Shown here: positions 18,024-28,345 of the stretch, one piece after another | How the letters are laid out: every line of letters starts with the position of its first letter | Numbering within the stretch: the first letter of the stretch is position 1 | From: Patescibacteria group bacterium | GTDB lineage: Bacteria > Patescibacteriota > Microgenomatia > UBA1400 > PJMF01 | Length of the DNA stretch: 57,791 bases | Direction of reading: 5' to 3' | Assembly: GCA_018830045.1 (NCBI GenBank) | Contig: JAHJTF010000022.1 | Coordinates: forward strand, 1 to 57,791 | Program-made: the position numbers and the translations under genes | Notes under the pieces: model-generated | What the model was told of the DNA's origin: nothing | Database searches by the model: none | What the model saw: the letters and a program-made list of their open reading frames with translations, nothing else

Positions 18024-19143
18024 GACTAGAGGCTTCCACCATCAGTTGATAGAATAGTTCTGCGGCATTAGTTGGAATTTGGATTTGATTCAGCCTGTGA
18101 GTAAACTTTAACTTTTGACTTTTGACTAGCTCTAGTTTTTGGACCAAAAGATTTGGCGTCAATTGTTTTTGAGAGATTAATTCAGCTGCTTTTTGTTTAA
18201 CTAAAAACTGAGCATTTATTTGTTGTTCGTTGTGGCGGGAGAAGGGCAAGGGAATAAAGACTGTGGGAATGCTTTTCAGAGTGAGCTCCATGACAGTATT
18301 AGCTCCAGCTCTTGAGACTGCTGCCTGTGAGTTGTTATAAATCCAAGCCATATCTTGGGAGCTTGCCCATTCTCTTACATAGTAATTTTTTTGTTGGGTA
18401 GCTGGTAAATTTTTGGTAGCTAATTTGAGCTTTTGCTCATAATCTATTTGAGAGTGTGATTGACCACACAAATGAATCACTGTCCAGTCTTTGGTTAAAA
18501 TGGGAAGTGCCTGCATCACTGTTTGATTAATAATCCAAGAACCTTGATTGCCCCCCATAACTAATAAAACTGGTTTTGAAAAAGGCTGGTGTATCCATTC
18601 GGGCCTTTTTGTAGTTTTTGTGATTAATTCTGGTCTGATTAAATTGCCCGTGAGGACAATTTTTTTACTAGGGAAATATTTGGCCGATGATGAATGTGAG
18701 ATAGCTACTTTTTGGGCGAGTTTGGCTATTATTTGATTAGCTATTCCCGCCGCATGGGTTTGCTCATGCGTGATAATAGGAGTCTTAGTAAGAAAAGCAG
18801 CAACTGCTAAAGGAAGCGCCACATAACCTCCAAAAGATACAAAGATGGTGGGTTTTTCATTAATAAAAATTAACCACGCCATGATGACTGACTTTAGAAA
18901 TACAATTGGAGCAGTTAGCTGTGCAAAAAATGGGCGAGTTTTTGAAATACGCACAGCTTTTAGAGGAATGAACTTAATTCCTCTTTGGGCAACTTCCTTT
19001 TTTTCCTGAGCGAGTTGTCGGAGTTTGGTTTGACTAAAAATTCTTCCTACAAAAATCAACTCATCATGTGGGTGATTTTTTTTTACATAATCAACTAAAG
19101 CTAACGCTGGAGTGAGATGTCCTCCCGAGATAAGTATCTTCAT
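18013..19143 (-). CDS. murG: MurG lipid II GlcNAc transferase
   Basis: SGGH..PALA, FGGYVALP, HEQT, GN.IR, MGGNQGS, SRAGANT, HNEQ..NA. Confidence 0.95.
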   Translation of the reverse strand: MKILISGGHLTPALALVDYVKKNHPHDELIFVGRIFSQTKLRQLAQEKKEVAQRGIKFIPLKAVRISKTRPFFAQLTAPIVFLKSVIMAWLIFINEKPTIFVSFGGYVALPLAVAAFLTKTPIITHEQTHAAGIANQIIAKLAQKVAISHSSSAKYFPSKKIVLTGNLIRPELITKTTKRPEWIHQPFSKPVLLVMGGNQGSWIINQTVMQALPILTKDWTVIHLCGQSHSQIDYEQKLKLATKNLPATQQKNYYVREWASSQDMAWIYNNSQAAVSRAGANTVMELTLKSIPTVFIPLPFSRHNEQQINAQFLVKQKAAELISQKQLTPNLLVQKLELVKSQKLKFTHRLNQIQIPTNAAELFYQLMVEASSHEA

Positions 19144-19146
19144 GAT

Positions 19147-20232
19147 TTATTTATTATACTCTGCACTGATTCGCAGGAGAATGCCATTGGCAAGCAAGAT
19201 CATCACTAGAGATGAGCCACCATATGATAAGAAGGGCAATGGGAGTCCGGTTAATGGCACTAGGGCGACTACCGCAGCTAGATTTAATAAAGTTTGAGCG
19301 GCCAGCCAGATAATAATGCCCCAACCCAATAGTCGCTCAAATGAGTTGGGGGCAAGGTTAGCAGTTTTAGTTGCAAAATAAAAATAAAGAGCAAATAGAG
19401 CCAAAATTATCACTGAGCCGATGAAGCCAATTTCTTCTGCAATGATGGCAAAAATAGAATCAGTGCTTGCTTCTGGAATATAAGAAAATTTTTGTCTAGA
19501 ATTGCCAATTCCCTGACCCAGCCAACCTCCTTGGCCAAGCGCAAGGGTGATTTGTCTAATGTGAAAACCAGCTCCTAAAGGATCGGCTTGAGGATTAAGA
19601 AAAGTGGATAGTCTTTCTCTTCTATAACCGGAACCTAGGATAACAATGAGCAGTATTAACACAGATATTCCCGTAATTCCTAAAAGGTGAGAGAGTTTTC
19701 CTCCTGCGATAAAAAACATCCCAAAAGCAATGCTGACAATGACAAGCAACGAACCTAAATCCGGTTGGAGTAGGATTAGTAGAGCGGGTAGGCCGGTGGT
19801 AAATAAAAAGGGTAGGAGTTTTTGATGATTGCTCATCCAATTAGCAAAAAAAACTATCATTGCTAATTTGAATGGTTCTACTGGTTGAAATCTAAAATTA
19901 CCCCAAAATATCCAGCGGTGAGCCCCATTAAATTCTCTCCCAATCCCCGGAATAAAAACCAATAAAAGGGCAAGTAGACCAAAAATATAAAAAAATTTAG
20001 ATGTTTGTTTCCAAAAGGATAAGGGAATGAACTTAGCTAGTATCATCGCTAATAAGCCCAGACCTATCCAGGTTAAGTGTTGTTTGAGAAAGTGATACTG
20101 ATCGCCAAAGGTGTTGAAGGCCTCTGCTACCGAAGCATTAAAAACAAATAGTAAGCCAGCTAGAGTTAGGATTAAAACTAGAGAGATCAGCCAAGCGGAG
20201 GGAGATAAAAGCGATTGATTCTTTTTACCCAT
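19147..20232 (-). CDS. ftsW: SEDS protein FtsW
   Basis: NGAHRWI, FQP.E..K, QPDLG, G.G.GNSRQK..YIPEA.TDSIF, LPFLSYGGSS; located in the dcw cluster. Confidence 0.93.
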   Translation of the reverse strand: MGKKNQSLLSPSAWLISLVLILTLAGLLFVFNASVAEAFNTFGDQYHFLKQHLTWIGLGLLAMILAKFIPLSFWKQTSKFFYIFGLLALLLVFIPGIGREFNGAHRWIFWGNFRFQPVEPFKLAMIVFFANWMSNHQKLLPFLFTTGLPALLILLQPDLGSLLVIVSIAFGMFFIAGGKLSHLLGITGISVLILLIVILGSGYRRERLSTFLNPQADPLGAGFHIRQITLALGQGGWLGQGIGNSRQKFSYIPEASTDSIFAIIAEEIGFIGSVIILALFALYFYFATKTANLAPNSFERLLGWGIIIWLAAQTLLNLAAVVALVPLTGLPLPFLSYGGSSLVMILLANGILLRISAEYNK

Positions 20233-20241
20233 GGTATAAAT

Positions 20242-21276
20242 TTAAATCACTGCTAGCCATACGCCGAATAAAGTTAGCATTATTTGGACCAACCAAGCCC
20301 GCTGGACTATCTTGGGTTCTTCCCAGCCATGATGTTGCAAAAATAAATGAAATGGTGCAGCAGAAATTATTTTTTTACCTAAATATTTTTTACAGAGTAA
20401 TTGTAGAGCAGAGCTGCTAATTTCTAGAACAAAGATAAAACCAATAATAATTAAAGCGAACGTTTTGCCTAATAACAAGCCGATTACAGCTAGGGTAGCT
20501 CCAAACGACAATGAGCCCACATCGCCCATGAATAGTCTGGCAGGAAAAACATTAAAATATAAAAATGAAATTAGTGAGCCTAACCACATAGCGATAAAAA
20601 TTGATAAGGGAATGTCTAAAATCGAGGCTGACAAAAACCACAAGCCAAATAAAGAGATCATCAGTACTCCCGAGGCTAGGCCGTCAAGCCCATCAGTGAT
20701 ATTGACGGCGTTAGCAAAGGCCACAATGACAAAAGACGCAAAAGGAATAAAACTAATTCCTAGTTGAAAAGTACCGATAAAGGGAATGTATAAGATAGAA
20801 ATCCCTAGGCTAAAATACATTAAGCAGGAGATAATTACCGCTAAAGCAATTTGGAGAAACAACTTAACCCTTAACCTAATTCCAAAAAATCCACTTTGCT
20901 TAAAGCCGAAAAATTTCTTCACATCGTCATAAAGGCCTAGGATGGAAAAAGATAAAAAAGTAAAGAAAAGAATATTAATCTCAGCCTGAGCATTTTGATA
21001 GACACTAGTGACCTCTACGCCCAAAAAATCTAGTATGGGTAAGATAAAAGCAAACAGGATTGACACAAAAGTGATAACCAATAGTCCCCCGCCCACAGGC
21101 GTGCCTGCTTTTTTTGCATGAAATTTATCAAAAATAGGAGTTAATTTGCCAAAGGCATCTTTCGTGACTTGACGAGCTTTTTGAAATTTAAGTTGATATA
21201 ACAAATTAATGAACGGCACAATGGCGATGCTGGTCACAATAAACGAAAATAGTAGCAGGCCCAAAAGTAATGCCAT
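20242..21276 (-). CDS. mraY: Phospho-MurNAc-pentapeptide transferase
   Basis: KKAGTP.GGG, GLYDD, NAVNITDGLDGLA, PARLFMGD.GS, APFH.....GW.E.KIV.R. Confidence 0.96.
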   Translation of the reverse strand: MALLLGLLLFSFIVTSIAIVPFINLLYQLKFQKARQVTKDAFGKLTPIFDKFHAKKAGTPVGGGLLVITFVSILFAFILPILDFLGVEVTSVYQNAQAEINILFFTFLSFSILGLYDDVKKFFGFKQSGFFGIRLRVKLFLQIALAVIISCLMYFSLGISILYIPFIGTFQLGISFIPFASFVIVAFANAVNITDGLDGLASGVLMISLFGLWFLSASILDIPLSIFIAMWLGSLISFLYFNVFPARLFMGDVGSLSFGATLAVIGLLLGKTFALIIIGFIFVLEISSSALQLLCKKYLGKKIISAAPFHLFLQHHGWEEPKIVQRAWLVQIMLTLFGVWLAVI

Positions 21277-21285
21277 AGTTATAGT

Positions 21286-22608
21286 CTAATCTAAACGCTT
21301 GATCTTCGCACCCATAGTTTGGAAAAGTTGGTCGAGATCTTCATAGCCCCGGCCAATATGATTTTTGGGGTCTCTCAGAGTAGTTTTACCCCAAGCAGTC
21401 ATGCCGGCGATCAATAAAGTGGCTCCATGACGCAAATCTTCGATTTCAAATTCGCCACCAATTAAATCTGTTTTCCCGGTAATTTTTGCAGCATGCTTGT
21501 CTTCCTTTTTAATGTCTTTGACATTAAAGTTGTAGATTTTCTCAGGATTTTCAACTCGAGGATTAAATAGTTTAATTTTAGCTCCCATTTTTCGCAATGC
21601 CTGGGTGTATTTAAATCGATTTTGTGAAACTGTTTCATGAACCACACTCTCTCCTTCTGCTTGAGTCATAAGAGTAGCCCATAGGGGTTGCCAGTCTGTT
21701 TTAAACCCAGGATGGGGCTGAGTGATGACGTCAGTTGCAGTCAGGGGTTGTTTATAGAAAAAACGAATGCCGTACTCTCCCACTTCATATCCACCTCCGG
21801 CATCATCTAATTTTTTAAGAAAAGCCATGATATCTTGAGTCCTGGCGTTCTCTACAATAATGTCGCCCTTAGTTGCCAAAGCAGCACAGGCAAATGAAAC
21901 TACCTGGTTTTGATCTGCCATCACTTTAAAAATAGCACCTTTGAGCTTTTTTACTCCTTGAATTTCAATGGTTCGATGTTGAGTCCGTTTTATTTTGGCC
22001 CCCATGCTATTTAAAAATTTGATTAAGTCATCTACCTCGGTTTCTTGCGCAGCATTTTCCAGCAATGTCGTGCCTTGAGCTTTAACCGCAGCCATGATCA
22101 GGGTCTCAGTACCCGTGTGAGTATTTTTTGCAAATTTATAGTGTGTGCCGCTAAGTTGCTTGGCACTAACTTTAATTAAATCTCCCTTGGCTTTTATTTC
22201 TGCACCTAGAGCAATTAAGCCGTCAAAGTGTCTTTCTAGGGGTCGTTTGCCAATTTTGTCTCCACCCGGGTATGGCACAATAGCTTGTCCAAAGCGGTGG
22301 AGTAAAACCGGGATAAACATGGTTGAAGCTCGAGAATTTTGTCCACAATTGCTCTCTGGAGAATAACTGTTTAAGTTTTGGGGATTAATTAGATAAGCCC
22401 TCTCGCCCATGGTTTTAGCATTTGCTCCAAGAGAGTTGATTATTTTTGCCACTAAACCAACATCACTAATCCGGCTGAAATTTAAAAGTCGAGATGGAGA
22501 GTCTCCTAAAAGAGCAGCGATCATGATTTTATATGAAGCATTTTTGGCCCCGCCAACTTTGACCGATCCATAAAGCGGAGTACCACCCGTAATAATATAA
22601 CTGCTCAT
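21286..22608 (-). CDS. murA: UDP-GlcNAc enolpyruvyl transferase (Asp in place of the active-site Cys)
   Basis: GAKNA, RAS, PGGDKIGKRP, ENAAQE.EV.DL, PHPGF.TDWQ, DLRHG, RGYE. Confidence 0.95.
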   Translation of the reverse strand: MSSYIITGGTPLYGSVKVGGAKNASYKIMIAALLGDSPSRLLNFSRISDVGLVAKIINSLGANAKTMGERAYLINPQNLNSYSPESNCGQNSRASTMFIPVLLHRFGQAIVPYPGGDKIGKRPLERHFDGLIALGAEIKAKGDLIKVSAKQLSGTHYKFAKNTHTGTETLIMAAVKAQGTTLLENAAQETEVDDLIKFLNSMGAKIKRTQHRTIEIQGVKKLKGAIFKVMADQNQVVSFACAALATKGDIIVENARTQDIMAFLKKLDDAGGGYEVGEYGIRFFYKQPLTATDVITQPHPGFKTDWQPLWATLMTQAEGESVVHETVSQNRFKYTQALRKMGAKIKLFNPRVENPEKIYNFNVKDIKKEDKHAAKITGKTDLIGGEFEIEDLRHGATLLIAGMTAWGKTTLRDPKNHIGRGYEDLDQLFQTMGAKIKRLD

Positions 22609-22617
22609 AGTTCTCCT

Positions 22618-23598
22618 TTAAGACAAATAAAATATTTCTTCTTCTAGATTGATATTAAACTGTTGTTTGATTCTTTGTTTGACTAAATTGACGAGCTTTT
22701 TTAAATCAGTCGATGTGCCTTTACCCTGATTAATAAAAAAAGCTGCATGTTTTTTAGAAATCTCTACATCACCAACTCTAACTCCTTTTAGTCCGGCTTG
22801 GTCAATTAAAAAACCAGCTGAAACACATTGTTTGTCTGAAAATTGAGGAAAAAGCTTTTTAAGCTGTGGAGTATTAGGAGTGTTTTTAAAGATACAGCCA
22901 GAACTAGGTTTACCTAGGGGCTGGGTGTTAGCTCTATACTTCGTAGCTTGGCGCACTAGTTGTTCTGATTTCTCTTTATTACCTTTTTTCAATGCAAACT
23001 CAACTGTTAAAATCATTTCTTGAGTTTTTTGAAAACGAGATGAGTCATAACTAAAATTACATTCTTTTTGGCTAATCCATTTAACCTTATTTTGTTCATC
23101 AATGATTTCTACCTGGCTAATATGCTCACTAATCAGAAATTTTAAGTAATGAGCATTGTTGTAAACAGCTCCCCCCAGTGTGCCGGGTATTCCTAAAAAG
23201 TACTCTAACCCAGAGTATCCCAAATCAATTACTTTTTTGACCAAAAGTGATGTTTTGATTCCTGCTTGGGCTTGGATGAGCCATTTTTTATCATTAGGAA
23301 ATTGTTCATCTAGGGTAGACTTTTTGAGATCAATTAGCTCTGTGATTTTTAAATGTAATACTAAGCCGGAAACTCCCCGATCATGAACAACCACATTGCT
23401 AGCTCCTCCCAAGATAGTGAGCTTAATATCATTATTTCTACAAAAATTCACTACATCAATAATTTGCTGACGCTCTTTAAGCTCTAGATAAACTTCAGCT
23501 TGACCGCCGATTTTAAAATAAGTTTGAGGAGATAAAGAAAAATTTGATTTGAAATCCAACTGAGGGAAATTCTGACTAAGCTGGGTCAAAATAGACAT
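22618..23598 (-). CDS. murB: UDP-N-acetylenolpyruvoylglucosamine reductase
   Basis: FKIGGQA, LGGASN, GLE...GIPGTLGGA..NA, QPL..PSSGCIFKN, SAG.LID.AGLKG, S.KHA.F.IN. Confidence 0.95.
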   Translation of the reverse strand: MSILTQLSQNFPQLDFKSNFSLSPQTYFKIGGQAEVYLELKERQQIIDVVNFCRNNDIKLTILGGASNVVVHDRGVSGLVLHLKITELIDLKKSTLDEQFPNDKKWLIQAQAGIKTSLLVKKVIDLGYSGLEYFLGIPGTLGGAVYNNAHYLKFLISEHISQVEIIDEQNKVKWISQKECNFSYDSSRFQKTQEMILTVEFALKKGNKEKSEQLVRQATKYRANTQPLGKPSSGCIFKNTPNTPQLKKLFPQFSDKQCVSAGFLIDQAGLKGVRVGDVEISKKHAAFFINQGKGTSTDLKKLVNLVKQRIKQQFNINLEEEIFYLS

Positions 23599-23611
23599 AA
23601 TGCAGAAGCTA

Positions 23612-24985
23612 TTATATCAACTCATGAACTTGATAAATATCACCTGCTCCTACGGTGATAAGCACATTCCCCCTCTTGAGCTGTTTCCGGCAGTACTTGG
23701 CTAAATTTTGAATAGATTCTAAATTATGCGCAGGTAAATTATGTTTAGACACTATGGCCTCACATAACTTTGTGCTGGAAACTGATAGATCGACCTTTTC
23801 TCTAGCTGAGCTAAAAATATCAATCATTAATACTTGATCGACATCTTTAAAGGCATCAATAAATTCATTAAAAAGTTTTTTTGTTCGAGAATAGGTATGA
23901 GATTGAAAAGCGATAATTTTTTTTTGATCGGGGCACCAATCCTTCAAAGCTGCAATCACGGCTTTAATTTCATGGGGATGATGAGCGTAGTCATCGTAAT
24001 ATTTGACGCCATTTTTTTCTCCAATAAACTCAAAACGGCGCTTAGTAGACTGAAAGCCAGAGAGGGTATCTACAGCCTGTTGTGGGTCAATATCAATTTG
24101 GGCTACCGCTAGGATGGCAGCCAGAGCATTCAGGACGTTGAACTTGCCGGGAATTTGTAGGATTAAGTTATAAGTTTGATCTTGATAAACAAACTGCGAG
24201 ATAGTTTTTCCCGCCAGAGATCGATAGCTTTTTAAGTATAAATCTGCCTCAGGGGTTTCTCCAAAGGTAAGACAGGGTTGTTTGACTAAATTTTTATCTT
24301 GGTCATTAATAATCAATTTTTCCGCCTGGGCAAAAAATTTATTAAATACCTGTTGGGTATGTTCAAAATCACGATAGACATCGGGGTGATCAAACTTAAG
24401 ATTAGTACAAATCGTGAGATAGGGTTTGAGAAATGTAAAACGGGGAATGGCTTTGGTTTCTTGTTGAGGGTTGATGACGTACTCGTCAGCTTCAATTACA
24501 AAGTATCGAGCCTGAGGGCTCCATTGGCCGGTTTTATTCAGACCGGGTATATTCCCTACTCCGATTGAAAAAGAGGGTTTGAGTCCTTGTTTTTGTAGAA
24601 TCCAGGTAATCATGGCAGAAACAGTACTCTTGCCTCCAACTCCACAAACAGCAATGCCTCGTTGTTGATTAAATAATTGCGCTACGGCTTCTGCTTGAGA
24701 AATAACTGGAATATTTTGTGCTACCGCTGCTCTTACTTGAGGATTTTCATTAGCTTGATGAGCGGCTGTATAGATAACACAATCAGTTTTTTTGGGCAAG
24801 TTTATTTTAAAATCAGTATCAATTTTGACATTGAGTTTTTCTAAAATTTCTTGAGTAACAAAATTTTCTTCAACATCACTGCCAGCAATATGTTTGCCTG
24901 CATCAATTAATAACTGTGCCATCGATGTCATGGCAACACCTTTGATGCCCACTAGGTAAAAATTGTCGTAATTAAGTAAGTTCAT
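23612..24985 (-). CDS. murC: UDP-MurNAc--L-Ala ligase
   Basis: VGIKGVAM, EADEY, FDHPD, PG.FN.LNA, RRFE, DDYAHHPHEI, FQ.HTYSRT, GAGDI. Confidence 0.93.
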   Translation of the reverse strand: MNLLNYDNFYLVGIKGVAMTSMAQLLIDAGKHIAGSDVEENFVTQEILEKLNVKIDTDFKINLPKKTDCVIYTAAHQANENPQVRAAVAQNIPVISQAEAVAQLFNQQRGIAVCGVGGKSTVSAMITWILQKQGLKPSFSIGVGNIPGLNKTGQWSPQARYFVIEADEYVINPQQETKAIPRFTFLKPYLTICTNLKFDHPDVYRDFEHTQQVFNKFFAQAEKLIINDQDKNLVKQPCLTFGETPEADLYLKSYRSLAGKTISQFVYQDQTYNLILQIPGKFNVLNALAAILAVAQIDIDPQQAVDTLSGFQSTKRRFEFIGEKNGVKYYDDYAHHPHEIKAVIAALKDWCPDQKKIIAFQSHTYSRTKKLFNEFIDAFKDVDQVLMIDIFSSAREKVDLSVSSTKLCEAIVSKHNLPAHNLESIQNLAKYCRKQLKRGNVLITVGAGDIYQVHELI

Positions 24986-26205
24986 CCTTTAAGGATTTCT
25001 TTGGCTACTTGAACATCACTCCATGGGTGTTCGATTTTACCATAACACATTGACTGTTCATGTCCCTTGCCTAAGATAGCGATAATATCGCCTTTTTTTG
25101 CTAGTTTATTAAGGGCAAATTCAATCGCCTGCTTACGATCAACAATACTCATGACTTTATCTAAGTCTTGATGGAGGTTTTCTTTGAGCTGGCGAATAAT
25201 TGACCATGGATTTTCAGTGCGAGGATCTTCTGCAGTAAAGATGACTAAATCTGCAAGTCTAGCTCCAATTTCGCCCATTTTTGGTCTTTTTTTATAATCG
25301 CGTAGTCCTGCAGAGCCAAAAACTGCAATTAAACGTCCACCCTTACCTTTAAGTTGCAACCTTAGAGCAGATAGGACAGCTTCTAGGGCCTGAGGAGTAT
25401 GAGCAAAATCAACAATCACTCGAAATAATTTGTTGGTTTCAATTTCTTGCATTCTTCCTGGGACTTGAGGGAAACTAGCAATGGCCTGAGCAATCTTTTG
25501 ATCATCAAGTTCAAGTTCTGCGGCTATCTTATAGACCAAGCGAGCGTTCATCCAGTTATATGTTTCTAAGAATCGTTTTTTAATTGCCTGATTAACCACA
25601 GGAGGTAGTTCATCTTGTAGTTGATAGCTTGAAATTTGTTCCCATTGGTGTTTTAGAGCTGCTTTGATTTTTAATAAATTCGGGTCATCGCCATTAATAA
25701 TTACTTTCTGGGCTTTGTTTAAAATAAGCATTTTGGCTTTAATGTATTCGCCTTCATTGAGGTGATAGTCAAGATGCTCTGAGGCGATGTTGGTCAAGCC
25801 AGCAATCATAGGTTTGATCCCCCAGGTCCGGTATTGATATGCCCCATGAGAAGTGACTTCTAGGACCAGATACTCTACTTTTTTATTAACCATATTTCGC
25901 AATAGTTTGTAGAGTTGAAATGGATCTGGAGAGGTCACATGGAGGCCGGTGGTAATTTCTTCTGCTCCAATATAGGCCGCGACGGTTGAGATTAAGGCAA
26001 CTTTTTTGCCAGCTCTTTTAAGGATGTGATAAAGCAAAGTTGCCGAAGTAGTTTTGCCATCTGTACCAGTAATGGTAATGATTTTTAATTCTTTAGCAGG
26101 AAATTTAAATTTAATCTGTCCCGCTAGTCCTCTGAGCAGACCAGTTTTAATGAAGTGATAGGGACGCTTGAGTTTATATATTATCCAAGACAAATGAGTG
26201 TTCAT
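24982..26205 (-). CDS. murE: UDP-MurNAc-tripeptide synthetase
   Basis: ITGTDGKTT, LEVTSHG, TNI..EHLDYH, PGRMQ, VDFAHTP, FG.AG.RD..KRP.MG, EDPR, GKGHE. Confidence 0.93.
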   Translation of the reverse strand: MNTHLSWIIYKLKRPYHFIKTGLLRGLAGQIKFKFPAKELKIITITGTDGKTTSATLLYHILKRAGKKVALISTVAAYIGAEEITTGLHVTSPDPFQLYKLLRNMVNKKVEYLVLEVTSHGAYQYRTWGIKPMIAGLTNIASEHLDYHLNEGEYIKAKMLILNKAQKVIINGDDPNLLKIKAALKHQWEQISSYQLQDELPPVVNQAIKKRFLETYNWMNARLVYKIAAELELDDQKIAQAIASFPQVPGRMQEIETNKLFRVIVDFAHTPQALEAVLSALRLQLKGKGGRLIAVFGSAGLRDYKKRPKMGEIGARLADLVIFTAEDPRTENPWSIIRQLKENLHQDLDKVMSIVDRKQAIEFALNKLAKKGDIIAILGKGHEQSMCYGKIEHPWSDVQVAKEILKG

Positions 26206-26214
26206 ACACCTTAA

Positions 26215-28014
26215 TTATAACTCAGATTGCTGTTGATCAGGGGGAATGTTTAAACTGAGAAAAAGTTTTTCCGCGATTTTATACCAAAGTGGCGCAGCGG
26301 TTTCAGCAGCCCAGGGAGAGCTTTGAGGTTCAATCAATTTAACTAACATTAAAAATTGAGGATTTTCTGGAGGAGCAAAGCCAATAAAGCTCGCTATGGT
26401 GGCATCTTGCTTATACCCTCCTTCTTTAGCTGGAATTTGAGAAGTACCAGTTTTCCCCGCCACAGAATGAGTTTTAGAGTAGGTCCACTGAGCCTCACCG
26501 CTTTTAGCGGCATAAACCATCATTTCTGTCACCTTTCTGGCTGTTTCCGGAGAAATCACTTGCCTAACTTTTTTTGGTTGAACAACTATCTCCTCTCCGT
26601 CTGGGTCTAGTACTTTTTTAATAATTTGTGGCTGCATCATGGTGCCTTGGTTTGCAATTGCGCTTACGGCTCGCACTATTTGTAAGCTAGTGGCAGTGAT
26701 TCCTTGTCCAAATGATCTGGTTGCTAGTTCAACAGGACCCCATTTTTCAGGAAAGGGCGTATTGGCATCGCCATATAAATCAATCTCGAGTTTTTCTCCA
26801 ATTCCAAAATTATTAAGATATTTTTTAAATATGTCTGGACCCATTTCTTCAGCCACAAAGATCATGGCAATATTATCTGATTTGGCCAAAGCGTCAGCCA
26901 TATTTATTTGCGGATGATACTCCTCATTCCATGTCCTAATGGAATACTGATTAATTTGGCGAGGTCCATCACAGCGGGGACATTGAGTTTCAGGATTTAT
27001 GACTCCCGCATCAATTCCTGCAGACACGGTCAGGGTTTTGAAAATTGAACCTGGCTCAAAGAGATTGGTTAGAGCTGGATTTTTGTACAAATACTCTTCA
27101 AATTCATGGTAAGTTGATTGATTAAATTTAGGCTCAGCTGCTAAAGCCAATATTTCTCCAGTTTGTGGTTTGACAACAATGATTTCTCCAGCAGTAGCCC
27201 CATATTTTTCTAAGCCATTTTTTAAGGCAGATTCAACCAAAGTCTGCAGATCCCTTCGAATAGTTAAGGTGACATTTCTGCCTGCAGTTGAAGCAAAATT
27301 AATTGAGTTTAATCCAAAAAATGAGAAACCCAACGCATCTGCGGAAAAAGTAATTTTTCTTTTTTTTCCAGATAATTCTTTGTTAAGCGCTCCTTCAACT
27401 CCAAAATAACCAAGTGGCTGACCTTGCTCATCTTTGCCCACAAATCCAGTGAGGTGAGCAGCCAGTGAAGCTTCTGGATAAAGTCGAACAGCAGTAGTTT
27501 CAAAATCTAACCCGGCTAAGTCTAGAGCTAAAAAGCTTTTTTTTGTGTCTTCTGAGAGGTTGGGAAAAAGAGAAACCCATTTAACACGATCTTTGCTTAA
27601 TTGTTGCTCAATTTTTTCTTTCAATTTTGTTTGTAACTCTTTTTTTTCAGCCTCATCTGTTGACTCTTGATATTCTGCTAGATCATTAAGTAAGAGGGGT
27701 AAAATTGTTTGAGAAATTTCAGCTGGAGTTTTTTCTAAAAGATAAGGATACCCCACCAGATGATACTTAGTGGCATTTCCAACTAAAAGATGTCCGTCTT
27801 GAGTATAAATTTGTCCTCTTTGGCCCTTTGTAACTTGAACACGTTCATATTGGCTTAGGGCGGCTGATTTTAGCCAAGATCCTTCGATTATTTGCCAATA
27901 AAAGAGGCGTAATAAAATGGTTAATAATCCGAGATAAATTCCAGCTAGAAAAAGTTTATTTCTCAGGGGAGTTTTAGCTGTAGTCAGGTGAGACCGAGTA
28001 TATTTACTAACCAT
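26215..28014 (-). CDS. ftsI: Class B penicillin-binding protein (FtsI-like)
   Basis: RGQIY..DG, R.YPE, EPGSIFK (SxxK), SDN, KTGTSQ. Confidence 0.9.
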   Translation of the reverse strand: MVSKYTRSHLTTAKTPLRNKLFLAGIYLGLLTILLRLFYWQIIEGSWLKSAALSQYERVQVTKGQRGQIYTQDGHLLVGNATKYHLVGYPYLLEKTPAEISQTILPLLLNDLAEYQESTDEAEKKELQTKLKEKIEQQLSKDRVKWVSLFPNLSEDTKKSFLALDLAGLDFETTAVRLYPEASLAAHLTGFVGKDEQGQPLGYFGVEGALNKELSGKKRKITFSADALGFSFFGLNSINFASTAGRNVTLTIRRDLQTLVESALKNGLEKYGATAGEIIVVKPQTGEILALAAEPKFNQSTYHEFEEYLYKNPALTNLFEPGSIFKTLTVSAGIDAGVINPETQCPRCDGPRQINQYSIRTWNEEYHPQINMADALAKSDNIAMIFVAEEMGPDIFKKYLNNFGIGEKLEIDLYGDANTPFPEKWGPVELATRSFGQGITATSLQIVRAVSAIANQGTMMQPQIIKKVLDPDGEEIVVQPKKVRQVISPETARKVTEMMVYAAKSGEAQWTYSKTHSVAGKTGTSQIPAKEGGYKQDATIASFIGFAPPENPQFLMLVKLIEPQSSPWAAETAAPLWYKIAEKLFLSLNIPPDQQQSEL

Positions 28015-28030
28015 TTCTTACTATTTTACG

Positions 28031-28345
28031 CTAATTTAGGGCAGCGAGATTGGTTGAAGTTCCAATCACTATTGGCCAAGAGATGTCTTGGTAATTAGCT
28101 AAAGATGATTCTTGAGCAATCATTAGGAGTGAAGTTTTAATCGCCAATTTTTCTTCTAGCTTTTGTTTTTGATTGATTAATTGAGCGTGGTGGAGTTTTA
28201 AATCTCGTTGTTTCTGACCATGAGCTACGACAAAACTAGTTTGGTAGAGGGTATATGAAATTTGAATAAGCAAGCATACTCCAATTAGAAAGTAATAAAA
28301 CTTATAATAATTTTTTTTGGTTGACATTTTATTTATTTTTTTCAA
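28031..28345 (-). CDS. FtsL-like small membrane protein (start may be the ATG at 28327)
   Basis: Basic N-terminus, one TM, coiled-coil stretch; lies between rsmH and ftsI. Confidence 0.55.
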   Translation of the reverse strand: MKKINKMSTKKNYYKFYYFLIGVCLLIQISYTLYQTSFVVAHGQKQRDLKLHHAQLINQKQKLEEKLAIKTSLLMIAQESSLANYQDISWPIVIGTSTNLAALN

